A DNA stretch of 64,000 nucleotides, taken from Dehalococcoidia bacterium. Lineage in GTDB: Bacteria; Chloroflexota; Dehalococcoidia; Lucifugimonadales; UBA3495. Under the pieces are notes generated by a model that was not told where the DNA came from, did no database searches, and saw only the letters and a list, made by a program, of their open reading frames with translations. A program made the translations under genes and the position numbers. Each line of letters opens with the position of its first letter. The first letter of the stretch is position 1. The stretch is from the NCBI GenBank assembly GCA_030740155.1, contig JASLXV010000085.1, positions 46,041-110,040 on the forward strand. Reading direction: 5' to 3'. Positions 20,059 to 28,772 of the stretch are shown piece by piece.

Positions 20059-20672
20059 AGCTGGTCTTGGTGCGCCACGGCGAAACCGAATGGAACAAGC
20101 TGGGCAGGTTCCAAGGGCATCACGATGTCGAATTGAACGAAAAGGGAGCGGCTCAAGCCCGGGAGACGGCCCAGGCCGTGGCCAAATGGCAGCACTCAGC
20201 GGTCTTCTCCAGCCCCCTGCATCGTGCGATGCGGGTTGCCGAAGAGATATCGCTACTGAGCGGAATGCCCGTGGTGCCGGTGCCGGAGTTCATGGAGCTG
20301 AAGCTGGGCGACCTGGAGGGGATCACCGGCGCAGATTTACGAAAGACCTGGCCCGAACTCTCAACCACCTGGCGAAGTGACCCGGGCCGGGTGGTGATGC
20401 CCAACGGCGAGTCTTTGGCCCAGCTTCAGGAACGGGCCTGGTGCGCCCTCATCGACCTGGAGCAGAACCACCAGGGAGATGAGACCGTGATCGTCGTATC
20501 CCATAATTTTGCCATACGGACCATGATCGGCAAGCTTCTGGGGATGCCGCTTTCCAACTTCCATCGCATGTCGCTGAACTTGGCCTCCATCTGTGTCATC
20601 GAATGCGACCGGCGGGGCCGGCGGCTGATTTCCTACAACTCCACCTTTCACCTGTCCCCCGAAAACCGGTAG
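20055..20672 (+). CDS. Histidine phosphatase family protein
   Basis: LVRHGETEWN, SSPL-RA, NGES, VSH; ATGA overlap with the upstream gene. Confidence 0.92.
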   Translation: MKLVLVRHGETEWNKLGRFQGHHDVELNEKGAAQARETAQAVAKWQHSAVFSSPLHRAMRVAEEISLLSGMPVVPVPEFMELKLGDLEGITGADLRKTWPELSTTWRSDPGRVVMPNGESLAQLQERAWCALIDLEQNHQGDETVIVVSHNFAIRTMIGKLLGMPLSNFHRMSLNLASICVIECDRRGRRLISYNSTFHLSPENR

Positions 20673-20681
20673 GGAAAACCC

Positions 20682-22211
20682 ATGGCCTCGGTCTCCAGGC
20701 TGGAAAGGCAGGTGGCCGGCGCACTAGTCCGGGCGGGCTATTCCGGCAGTGACACCGTCCTGGTGGTGGCAGTGTCGGGCGGTTCCGACTCGTTGGCCCT
20801 TCTCCATTGCCTGCACCGCCTCAGCAATTCGCACCGCCTCCATCTGCACGTGGTCCACCTGAATCACGACTTCCGCGGTGAGGAGGCGTTCGCCGACGCC
20901 CGGTTCGTGGCGGCGGCGGCCCAGGAGTTGGGATGGCCGGCAACGGTGGAGGAGCGCGATGTCGCGGCCCTTCAGCGGGAGCGGCGCATCTCTTCCTTCG
21001 AGCAGGCGGCGCGGGAGTTGCGATACTCTTTCCTGGCCGAGGTGGCGGCCAAGGTTGGGGCCGCCGCCGTGACGACCGGCCACACCGCCGACGACCAGGC
21101 CGAGACCGTGCTGATGCATATCCTCCGGGGCGCGGGCCTCCATGGGCTGCGGGGCATGCCCGAGCTTTCCCTTTGGCCCTGGCCCGGTGATGGCCTCGGC
21201 CTTCGTCTGTTCCGTCCCCTGCTCCAGGCAACCAAGACGGAAACCGTGGCTTACTGCCGGGCCCTGGGGCTCGGCTACCGGGACGATACCGGGAACTACC
21301 TCCATCGCTTTACCCGGAACCGGGTCCGCCATGATCTACTGCCGTTGCTGGAATCTGAGTACAACCCCGGAGTACGGGAGTCCCTGGCCCGGCTGGCCCG
21401 GACCGCGGCGCTGGAAACAGACTACCTGGAGAAAGAGGTGGCCCGGTTGTGGCCTGAGGTAGCGGACCAGGAGGCCGGGGCCGTGGTCTTCGGTCAACCG
21501 GCTTTGTCCTCCCTGCACCCGGCGCTCCGGAGGTTGCTGCTGCGCCGGGGCTATGAGCATCTGACGGGGGACACCCGCAGGCTGGGAGAGGGGCATCTGG
21601 CCGCGATGGACAAGCTGGCGGGGGACATGGCGGCGGGCCGCAGCCTGGACCTGCCGGGCGGCCTGAAGCTTCATAGCACCTACGGCTATCTGCGCCTCTC
21701 CCGAGATATTGCTCTACCCTGTCCGTTCCCGGGACTGGGCGGAGAACATCGCCTGGTTTTGCCCTCCGGTGGGGATCCGGAGGTGGCCGCCGAAGCCGGT
21801 CCGTGGCGGGTATCCTTCCGAGTCGGATGCCCCCCCAGGATACCCTTCGAAGACCCGTCTGCCCGGCCTTTCACGGCGGAGGGGAGAGGTCTGGCAGGAG
21901 TCGCGTCCTGGTCCGCCTGGCTGGACAGCGGGTGCTTGGGCGACGCGGTGCAAATCCGCACCCGGGCGCCCGGCGACCGGTTTCAGCCGCTTGGCATGGA
22001 CCAGGACAAGAAGCTCCAGGACTTCTTCACCGACGCTCGAGTGCCGGGAGACTGGCGTGACCGGGTCCCGTTGCTGGTCTCAAGCCGGGGCATCGCCTGG
22101 GTCGTCGGCTACCGCATCGCTCACTGGGCCAGGCTCCGGGAAGGGGGACCGGCTTCGGTGGAGGCCGTGAGGGTAGAGTTTGAAGCTATTGGTGGTCACG
22201 GCCGGCCCTGA
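20682..22211 (+). CDS. tilS: tRNA(Ile)-lysidine synthetase
   Basis: VAVSGGSDS PP-loop, HLNH, ARELRY, GHTADDQAET, RPLL, RNRVR, C-terminal PGDRF..KKLQD..VP..R. Confidence 0.95.
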   Translation: MASVSRLERQVAGALVRAGYSGSDTVLVVAVSGGSDSLALLHCLHRLSNSHRLHLHVVHLNHDFRGEEAFADARFVAAAAQELGWPATVEERDVAALQRERRISSFEQAARELRYSFLAEVAAKVGAAAVTTGHTADDQAETVLMHILRGAGLHGLRGMPELSLWPWPGDGLGLRLFRPLLQATKTETVAYCRALGLGYRDDTGNYLHRFTRNRVRHDLLPLLESEYNPGVRESLARLARTAALETDYLEKEVARLWPEVADQEAGAVVFGQPALSSLHPALRRLLLRRGYEHLTGDTRRLGEGHLAAMDKLAGDMAAGRSLDLPGGLKLHSTYGYLRLSRDIALPCPFPGLGGEHRLVLPSGGDPEVAAEAGPWRVSFRVGCPPRIPFEDPSARPFTAEGRGLAGVASWSAWLDSGCLGDAVQIRTRAPGDRFQPLGMDQDKKLQDFFTDARVPGDWRDRVPLLVSSRGIAWVVGYRIAHWARLREGGPASVEAVRVEFEAIGGHGRP

Positions 22212-22288
22212 TTAGCGGCCGGGCCGCCGGTGGCCTCGAGGGCTAATTCCAACCGGCGACGCGCGGCACTCCCGTAGCCTATTCCGGC

Positions 22289-23131
22289 CTACAGCCCCAG
22301 CAAGCGGGCCGGGTTGTCTTTCACCAGCATTCCCACCTCCACCTCTTCCATGCCGGCTTGAAGCAGGGTGGCGATGCCCATCCGAAGCCCTTCGGCGGGC
22401 ATCGGGTGGTAGTCCTGGCCGAAGTCGGTGCTCACGATGCAGTTCTCGGGGCCGATGGCGGAGATGGTCTCCGCCAGTTCCTTGGGGTTGAGACGGCAAG
22501 TAACCGGCATCATAACGTGCACGCAGTGCTCGATGTAGGCCCCCATGCCGGCCAGGGTTTTCATGTCATCCAGCGTCATCCCCGTCCAGAAGGACATAGT
22601 CGTGGCATGGGTCACCACGATGCGGCCGATCCCCAGGTTGCGGGCTTCAGCTACCAACACCATGCTCTCCGGCGTGGAGAGATGGCCGGTGGCCAGGATC
22701 AGGTCGTGGGCCTTGACAACCTCCAGGACGGCGTACGCTTCGGGCACCAGCCGGCCCCGCTCGTCGAGCACGGAGATGCCGCCGTTGAGGCCCCTACGCT
22801 GATGGTCGGCTCGGGCCGAGAAGGTGGGCATCCAGACCAGCCGGCCACCCATCGCGGCGCTGCATTCCACCGCCATCGGGTTCAGGCCGCCCACCTGTAC
22901 GTCCAATGCTACCCCGCCAATCAGGGTAATGCCGGGTACGGCCTGACTGGCGGTATACGCCACCGGGTGGGTGAGATACTCGTGGCTCTTGAAGACAACG
23001 CCCCGCATTCCCATATCCCGGGCTTGCTGGGCGATTTCTATGGCGCCACCCCGTCGTTCCACCTTGGGGTCCGGCGCAAAGTGAACGTGGATGTCAAGGG
23101 CACCTTCGAGGAGCCGGTCTACGTTGCTCAT
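22289..23131 (-). CDS. Amidohydrolase-fold metalloprotein (DUF6282-like)
   Basis: DIHVH..PD, FKSH, VGGLNP, VWMPT, ATGH, VTH, STDFGQ. Confidence 0.8.
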   Translation of the reverse strand: MSNVDRLLEGALDIHVHFAPDPKVERRGGAIEIAQQARDMGMRGVVFKSHEYLTHPVAYTASQAVPGITLIGGVALDVQVGGLNPMAVECSAAMGGRLVWMPTFSARADHQRRGLNGGISVLDERGRLVPEAYAVLEVVKAHDLILATGHLSTPESMVLVAEARNLGIGRIVVTHATTMSFWTGMTLDDMKTLAGMGAYIEHCVHVMMPVTCRLNPKELAETISAIGPENCIVSTDFGQDYHPMPAEGLRMGIATLLQAGMEEVEVGMLVKDNPARLLGL

Positions 23132-23520
23132 GGTATCCTTTCATGCCCTTTAGAGCCGCGCCGCCAAGCGGCCACCGGCCAGGGTCCGGTTCGCCGTGGA
23201 GAAGCTGACAGCCGGGGCGAAGTTGCGCCGGCTCAAGCCGGGGGCGGCCTGATGACCGGCGTATGCCTTCGAGATTTAACCCGATTGTAGGTTACCCGGC
23301 TATTGAAGTCAAAGTACCCGCACGCGGAATTTCCGGTGCATCCGGACCTGCGGCCCCGGTTGCTATCGGCAAGCGCCACTCCATGATACGCATCAAGGCC
23401 GGTGACGACCGGGCGCCGAACCACGGCCGGACGCCCGGTTCGCGAGTGGCTTTGGAGTACAGGATGCTTGGGTGGCGTGCAAATACCCGAGTAGCCAGGC
23501 TGCTACCCGTGTCCGAAGCC

Positions 23521-24672
23521 CTACGGGGCCCAGGAAGGCGACTGATCCACGCCGGGGTAGCTGGTGATGTTCGTCTGGCCGGAGCCGTCGGCGTTCATCA
23601 CGTATACCTCGGCGTTGTCGCCCCGGTAGGTGGTGAAGGCGATCCTGGAGCCGTCGGGCGACCAACTCGGCCCTTCATCCGTGCCTGGGTTGCTGGTTAG
23701 TTTGGTGACCCCGGAGCCGTCGGCGTTCATTACGTAGATCTCGGCGAATCCGGTCCGGTCGGAGTGGAAGGCGATCGTTGCGCCGTCGGGCGACCAGGAA
23801 GGCTCCCGGTCCGAGCCCGGGTCGTTGGTTAGCCTGGTGACTTCGGAGCCGTCGGTGCTCATGACGTAGATCTCGGCGTAGCCGTCGCGCCAGGAGTAGA
23901 AGGCGATCGAGGCGCCGTCGGGCGACCATGAAGGGTGGGCGTCGAATGCGGGTTCATCGGTCAGCCTGGTTACTTCAGCGCCGTCGGCGTTCATCATGTA
24001 AATCTCGGCGTTGCCATCCCGCGAGGAGTAGAAGACGATTCTGGAGCCGTCGGGCGACCAAGAAGGCTCCCGGTCCACCCCCGGATCGTCGGTCAGCCTG
24101 GTGACGCCGGAGCCGTCGGCGTTCATCACGTAGATACTCTGGTTGCCGTCGCGAGTGGAGGCAAAGACAATCTTGGCGCCGTCGGGAGACCAGGAAGGGA
24201 ACTCGTCGTCGGCCGGGTCCTGGGTAAGCCTCTCAACTCTGGAGCCGTCGGCGTTCATCGCGTATACGTCGTACTTGCCGTCCCGCCTGGACGCGAAGGT
24301 GATGCGGTCTTGAAGCTGGGGCGCAGCGGGCGCCGGCGACGGAGCGGCGGTGGCGGGGAGGGGAATCGAAGTATTGCCGGGAGTGGGAGTGGGAGTGGGG
24401 GCCGGAGCAGGCGTCGGCGCCGGAAGTGCGGTCGGGGTTGCGGTGGGCACGGGGGCCGGAGCGGTCGTGGCCGTTGGCGTAAGCGTGGGAGTTACCACGG
24501 GAGGTGTAACTGCGGGAAGGGGCGTCGGCGTGGATACCCTTTGACAGGCCGCCAGGATAAGCGCCAAAGATAGAATTACGCCAATCGGAACCAATTGCTG
24601 AAGTCTGCGGGCGATTATTGTGGCTCTTCCTTGTGGCTCTTCCTTGTGGCGCTGGTCGATTCTGCCGGTCAC
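23521..24672 (-). CDS. TolB-like lipoprotein with a Pro/Thr linker and about six PD40 (WSPDG) repeats; start uncertain
   Basis: LILAAC lipobox; repeated P-SWSPDG-IAF-S-RDG-AEIYVMNADGS-VTRLT units, also visible as about 132-bp DNA repeats. Confidence 0.9.
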   Translation of the reverse strand: MTGRIDQRHKEEPQGRATIIARRLQQLVPIGVILSLALILAACQRVSTPTPLPAVTPPVVTPTLTPTATTAPAPVPTATPTALPAPTPAPAPTPTPTPGNTSIPLPATAAPSPAPAAPQLQDRITFASRRDGKYDVYAMNADGSRVERLTQDPADDEFPSWSPDGAKIVFASTRDGNQSIYVMNADGSGVTRLTDDPGVDREPSWSPDGSRIVFYSSRDGNAEIYMMNADGAEVTRLTDEPAFDAHPSWSPDGASIAFYSWRDGYAEIYVMSTDGSEVTRLTNDPGSDREPSWSPDGATIAFHSDRTGFAEIYVMNADGSGVTKLTSNPGTDEGPSWSPDGSRIAFTTYRGDNAEVYVMNADGSGQTNITSYPGVDQSPSWAP

Positions 24673-24776
24673 CGGCTCTATTCTACATCCGGCTGTCCAG
24701 CGGCTGCCAGAGATTTCACTGCCCTGGATTCAAGGGAGTCACATTGACTGCCCCAAAGGGGGATGGTATATCTATT

Positions 24777-24811
24777 CTTGGAACTTGGAACTTGGAACTT
24801 GGAACTTGGAT
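24777..24811. repeat. Heptamer tandem repeat (CTTGGAA)x4 + CTTGGAT
   Basis: Direct read; lies between a putative promoter (TTGACT at 24744, TATATC at 24767) and the ATG at 24823. Confidence 0.9.
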
Positions 24812-24822
24812 GGTGTAACCGC

Positions 24823-25248
24823 ATGGCTACTTCGGCGCCAAAGGAATTCGACTACCACTCGATAGAAATCGGCGAGGATCTGGGGTCCTACGAGTACGTC
24901 CTCAGCCAAGAGACGCTCGACAACTTTCGGCAGGCGGTAGACGATCCCGACGCGCGATACCCCACCATCGCGGTCAAACACGACCTGACCGCGTTTTTCA
25001 AGAGCTACAACGACTCCACCGGTGGCGTCAACGCGGGAAATGAAACCGAATTCTTCAACCCGCCCGTCCCCGGCAAGAAGATCAAGGTCTTGGCTCGAAT
25101 CGCCGACAAGTACTCGCGCCGGGACAAGCCCTACCTGGTGACCGAGGCTACGGCCGTCGACGAAGACGGGCGGCTGCTGGAGATAACTCGCACCTACATG
25201 ATGAAGAAACCCGACGAACTGGGAAAGAAGTGGCAGCCTAAGAGCTAG
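24823..25248 (+). CDS. MaoC/hot-dog fold protein
   Basis: IGEDLG, EFFNPPVPGKKI, IADKYSRRDKPY, AVDEDG patterns typical of single hot-dog dehydratase-like proteins. Confidence 0.75.
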   Translation: MATSAPKEFDYHSIEIGEDLGSYEYVLSQETLDNFRQAVDDPDARYPTIAVKHDLTAFFKSYNDSTGGVNAGNETEFFNPPVPGKKIKVLARIADKYSRRDKPYLVTEATAVDEDGRLLEITRTYMMKKPDELGKKWQPKS

Positions 25249-25833
25249 ATTCTGGCCCGGAGGCCTCGCCGGTATCCAGGCGCACCATCCCGGTCCGGCG
25301 GCCAACCTGCCGGACCACTCGACGGCAGTTCGAGAGGGGGCTGCTCCGGAAAGTGTATCCGCCGTCCAGGTTCCGTCTAAGCATCCCAGCCAACCGGGCC
25401 ACCTGCTCGTCGGCGCGCTCGCGCAAGTGGCCGACCCAATTCGATGCCGGCTGAAAAGGGTAAGGCCGTTGCTGGCCGGTGTATACTAGCTGTGGCGCAC
25501 GAGAGTTGACAGTGGCGGAACGGCCGCCGGATGTTCTAGCCGAAAGATATTCCGGGTCCGGCGCACAACGGTCCTCGTGCGCGCCTGGACCAGCTCCCGA
25601 GACGGGAAGTGTTTGCAGAAATCAAGCTGTAGCGATGACCTGTCTCGGTCTTCCAGGCCGCGCCGCTATCGGCCCGGAGCCATTCTACGCCCTGATCGAC
25701 GGACTGTAGGCGTGGATTAGGTCTTGGGCGGCCGGTATCGGGACCAGTCTCGAGCTGGAAAGCCGACAACCGTTGCCTGATAAAGATACCGCGGCGCTCA
25801 CGCCGAGCGGAACCATCCCCAAGGGGAGGCGGA

Positions 25834-27408
25834 ATGGGGGCTCCTAAGTCAGACTCTTACGATGTTGTGGTGATCGGCGCGGGCCTGGCGGGCATGACGG
25901 CCGGCGCCATGCTGGCCAAGCAAGGGATGCGAGTGCTGGTGGCGGACCACCGGCCTTCTCCGGGGGGAGTTTGCCACAGCTTCGAACGCGAGGGCTTCAC
26001 CTTCGACGTGGGGCCCCACCTGCTCAGCGGCTGTAGCGATGGATGGGTGGTGGACCAAGCTTTGCGCCGCATCGGCGGCCGTGACCAGGTGGAGTTCCTT
26101 CCGGTCAACCCGCTGGCCCGGGTTGTCTTCCCGGAGCACACATTCGACATTCCCGCCGACGGAGAAGCGTTTCTGGATATACTCTCCGAACACTTCCCCG
26201 GCGAGCGCCGCCAGCTCGGCATGCTGTTCGGAGAGATGCTGGCCATGTACCGTGAGGTGGACGAGCTGCCGCACACCTTCGGCATCTGGCAATACCTGAA
26301 GGTGCCGGTCAACCAGCCTATCTTTCTCAAGTATCCGGCCAAAACCTACCAGGATGCCATGGACAACTTTGTCCTGGATCCGCGCCTCAAGGCCGCCATG
26401 GCGTCTCTGTGGGTCTTCTTCGGCCTGCCTCCGTCCCGCATATCGGCGGTATTTTGGACGATGGTCATGGCCACCTATTTCCTGGGCGGCGGGTCCTATC
26501 CCAAAGGCGGGCTGTCGCATCTGGCGCAGGCCTTCGCCTCCGGACTGGAGCAGTCTGGCGGGGAGCTGCTGCTGAACGCCCGCGCCGAAAAAATCCTGGT
26601 GTCCAAGGGACGGGTGACAGGCGTCAAATTCACGGACGTGACCGGGCGGTGGCTGCCCGACGGAAGAGCCGCCAGCCCGGACGGGACCTCGGGGGAGAAC
26701 TTTCAGGTGAACGCGTCTCACGTTGTGTCCACCGGGGATGCCATGGACACCCTCCTCAACCTCGTTGGAGTGGAGCAACTGCCGGGCAAGTTCGTCAAGG
26801 GCCTCAAGAAGTTGGAGCCGTCCCTGTCGCTGGTCAAGGTGGCGCTGGGCGTGGATTTGGATATGGCGGCCGCCGGGTTCGGGCGGCACGACACCGTCTT
26901 CTACGATACCTATGACATGGATCGAGTCTTCGGCAGGATGATGTCCGGACTTCCCGACGCCCCGTGCGATGTCACGGTACCTTCGGTAACCGACCCGTCG
27001 CTGGCGCCCCAGGGGGCCCACACCGTTTACCTGTGGAACTACGTACCTTATTCGGAGGCTCGGGACTGGCAGGCCACCGGAGGAGAGGTCGCCAAACGCT
27101 TCGTGAAGTGGATGGACGACCGGGCTCCGGGTTTCGCCGGGGCGGTGCAGCAACAGGTCGTTGCCACCCCGGAGACCCTTCGGGAGTTCGCCTTGACGGT
27201 GGATGGCGCTCCCTACGGGTGGGCGTTCTCCCCTCAGCAGATGGGCTTCAACCGGCTTCAACCTAGGACTCCCATCAAAGGGTTGTACCTGGCGGGCCAT
27301 TGGACCACGCCGGGTGCCGGGGTTGCCGGAGTGGTCATGTCTGGGGAGCGCACGGCGAATATTGTGGCGGCAAAAGAGGGGTTCGCGCTATGGCGGAAGA
27401 GCGCATAG
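25834..27408 (+). CDS. Phytoene desaturase/CrtH/retinol saturase-like FAD oxidoreductase
   Basis: VIGAGLAG, PGG--HSFER-GF-FDVG, YPKGG, PSVTDPSLAP-G, TP-T, GAPYG, TPIKGLYLAG-WT-PG-GV-GV-SG. Confidence 0.9.
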   Translation: MGAPKSDSYDVVVIGAGLAGMTAGAMLAKQGMRVLVADHRPSPGGVCHSFEREGFTFDVGPHLLSGCSDGWVVDQALRRIGGRDQVEFLPVNPLARVVFPEHTFDIPADGEAFLDILSEHFPGERRQLGMLFGEMLAMYREVDELPHTFGIWQYLKVPVNQPIFLKYPAKTYQDAMDNFVLDPRLKAAMASLWVFFGLPPSRISAVFWTMVMATYFLGGGSYPKGGLSHLAQAFASGLEQSGGELLLNARAEKILVSKGRVTGVKFTDVTGRWLPDGRAASPDGTSGENFQVNASHVVSTGDAMDTLLNLVGVEQLPGKFVKGLKKLEPSLSLVKVALGVDLDMAAAGFGRHDTVFYDTYDMDRVFGRMMSGLPDAPCDVTVPSVTDPSLAPQGAHTVYLWNYVPYSEARDWQATGGEVAKRFVKWMDDRAPGFAGAVQQQVVATPETLREFALTVDGAPYGWAFSPQQMGFNRLQPRTPIKGLYLAGHWTTPGAGVAGVVMSGERTANIVAAKEGFALWRKSA

Positions 27409-28331
27409 TAGCTCGAAACTGGTCCAGCAAGATCTCGATCTGGTACCGGGAGACCCGTCCCCCGTTTCTGACGGCCTCGGTCGTGCCCATCCTGTTGGGC
27501 ACCTGCATGGCTTGGAGCCGGGAAGGCGAATGGGACTGGGGTCTCTTCGCGCTGGCTATGTTGGGAGGGGTCCTCCTACACGTCGGCACCAACGTCATCA
27601 ATGATTACTTCGACCATAGGTCGGGCGCCGATAACGTGAACTTCGAGTTCGTACGCCCCTATGGCGGCGGGAGCCGGATGATTCAGCTTCAACTGATGTC
27701 TCCCCGGGAGGTGCTGCTGGAGTCCATCCTCGCCTTCGCAGGGGCGATACTGGCGGGAGTGGCGCTTATTTTCCTGGTGGGTATCCCTATCCTGTATATC
27801 GGACTGGCGGGTCTCCTTTCGGGTGTTCTCTACACCGTCTGGCTGGTGCGCGTGGGCGTGGGTGAGTTGTTTGTCGGCCTGAACTTCGGCGTGCTCATGA
27901 CCGTGGGCGCCTATTACGTTCAAACCCGCGCCGTCTCCACCGAGGTGGTTGCGGCCTCCATCCCTCTGGCGCTCCTGATCGCGGTGGTCCTGTTCATCAA
28001 CCAATTCCAAGACTATACGGCGGACAAAGCTACGGGGAAGCACAACCTGGTGGTCCGCCTGGGCAGGGCCCGCTCGTCGGTCGTGTTCGCGGCAATGCTG
28101 GCCGCCAGCTACCTGTCGTTGATCGTGGGCGTGGCCGCGTTCGATGTCTCGCCCTTCACGTTGCTGGCGTTGTTGACCGTGCCACTGGCGTGGAAGGCAG
28201 GGCGGACGGCCCGGCGCTTCTACGACGATTACCTTCGGCTCACGCCGGCGAACCAGTCCACCATCATGGTTCACATGCTCGCCGCCCTTTTGATGACCCT
28301 GGGCTACGCGGTCCAGAAGGCCGTCAGCTAG
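27390..28331 (+). CDS. menA: 1,4-dihydroxy-2-naphthoate prenyltransferase-like (UbiA family)
   Basis: RPPFL, NVINDYFD, GGSR, GVGEL, INQFQD-AD-GK-NLVVRLG; multiple TM helices; overlaps the upstream gene by 19 nt. Confidence 0.82.
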   Translation: MAEERIVARNWSSKISIWYRETRPPFLTASVVPILLGTCMAWSREGEWDWGLFALAMLGGVLLHVGTNVINDYFDHRSGADNVNFEFVRPYGGGSRMIQLQLMSPREVLLESILAFAGAILAGVALIFLVGIPILYIGLAGLLSGVLYTVWLVRVGVGELFVGLNFGVLMTVGAYYVQTRAVSTEVVAASIPLALLIAVVLFINQFQDYTADKATGKHNLVVRLGRARSSVVFAAMLAASYLSLIVGVAAFDVSPFTLLALLTVPLAWKAGRTARRFYDDYLRLTPANQSTIMVHMLAALLMTLGYAVQKAVS

Positions 28332-28772
28332 CGGCTGCCGTTAAAGGCTGCGGGGTCAGCGCGTGGCCTTTGGCCGTCGCCGCGCCTTGGCGGTGGGACT
28401 GGGCCTCCGCCGGCGGGCGAATTGCCCTGAATCGGTTAATCCGGATCGGAGATTTCCCCTCATCCATCTTTCCTCTCCTCACCCTGGTGGCGGCTGTCAT
28501 GACCCACGGGTTTTCAGGATAGCCGAGTCGACTGGGGCCGGCTACGGCGACGCTGTTGTGTCCGGGAGCGAGGCTGCAGATTTAATGGTGTGTCGTAATA
28601 CACCGGTAATTCTCAGGGGTGTAAAAGGGAAGCGGGTGGCAAGGGATCAATCTCGGGGTCATGCCATTGGCGCATTTTCATTTAAGTTAACGAGTTGTAT
28701 CATAAATACATCACCATGATTGGAGCCGGAGCCGGCGGCTGGCTCGGCGCTGCCAATTTGGGAAGAGGGCTT

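Noticed and set aside
23132..23520. ORF 23263..23700 and other frames between the DUF6282-like and TolB-like genes
   Set aside because: No recognisable product; partly antisense to the PD40 gene.
23521..24310. Regular DNA repeats of about 132 bp (GGAGCCGTCGGCGTTCAT, GCCGTCGGGCGACCA)
   Set aside because: Fully explained by in-frame PD40/WSPDG protein repeats.
25249..25833. Short ORFs in a 580-bp intergenic gap
   Set aside because: No recognisable motifs in the frames I read; possibly a decayed gene, but unsupported.
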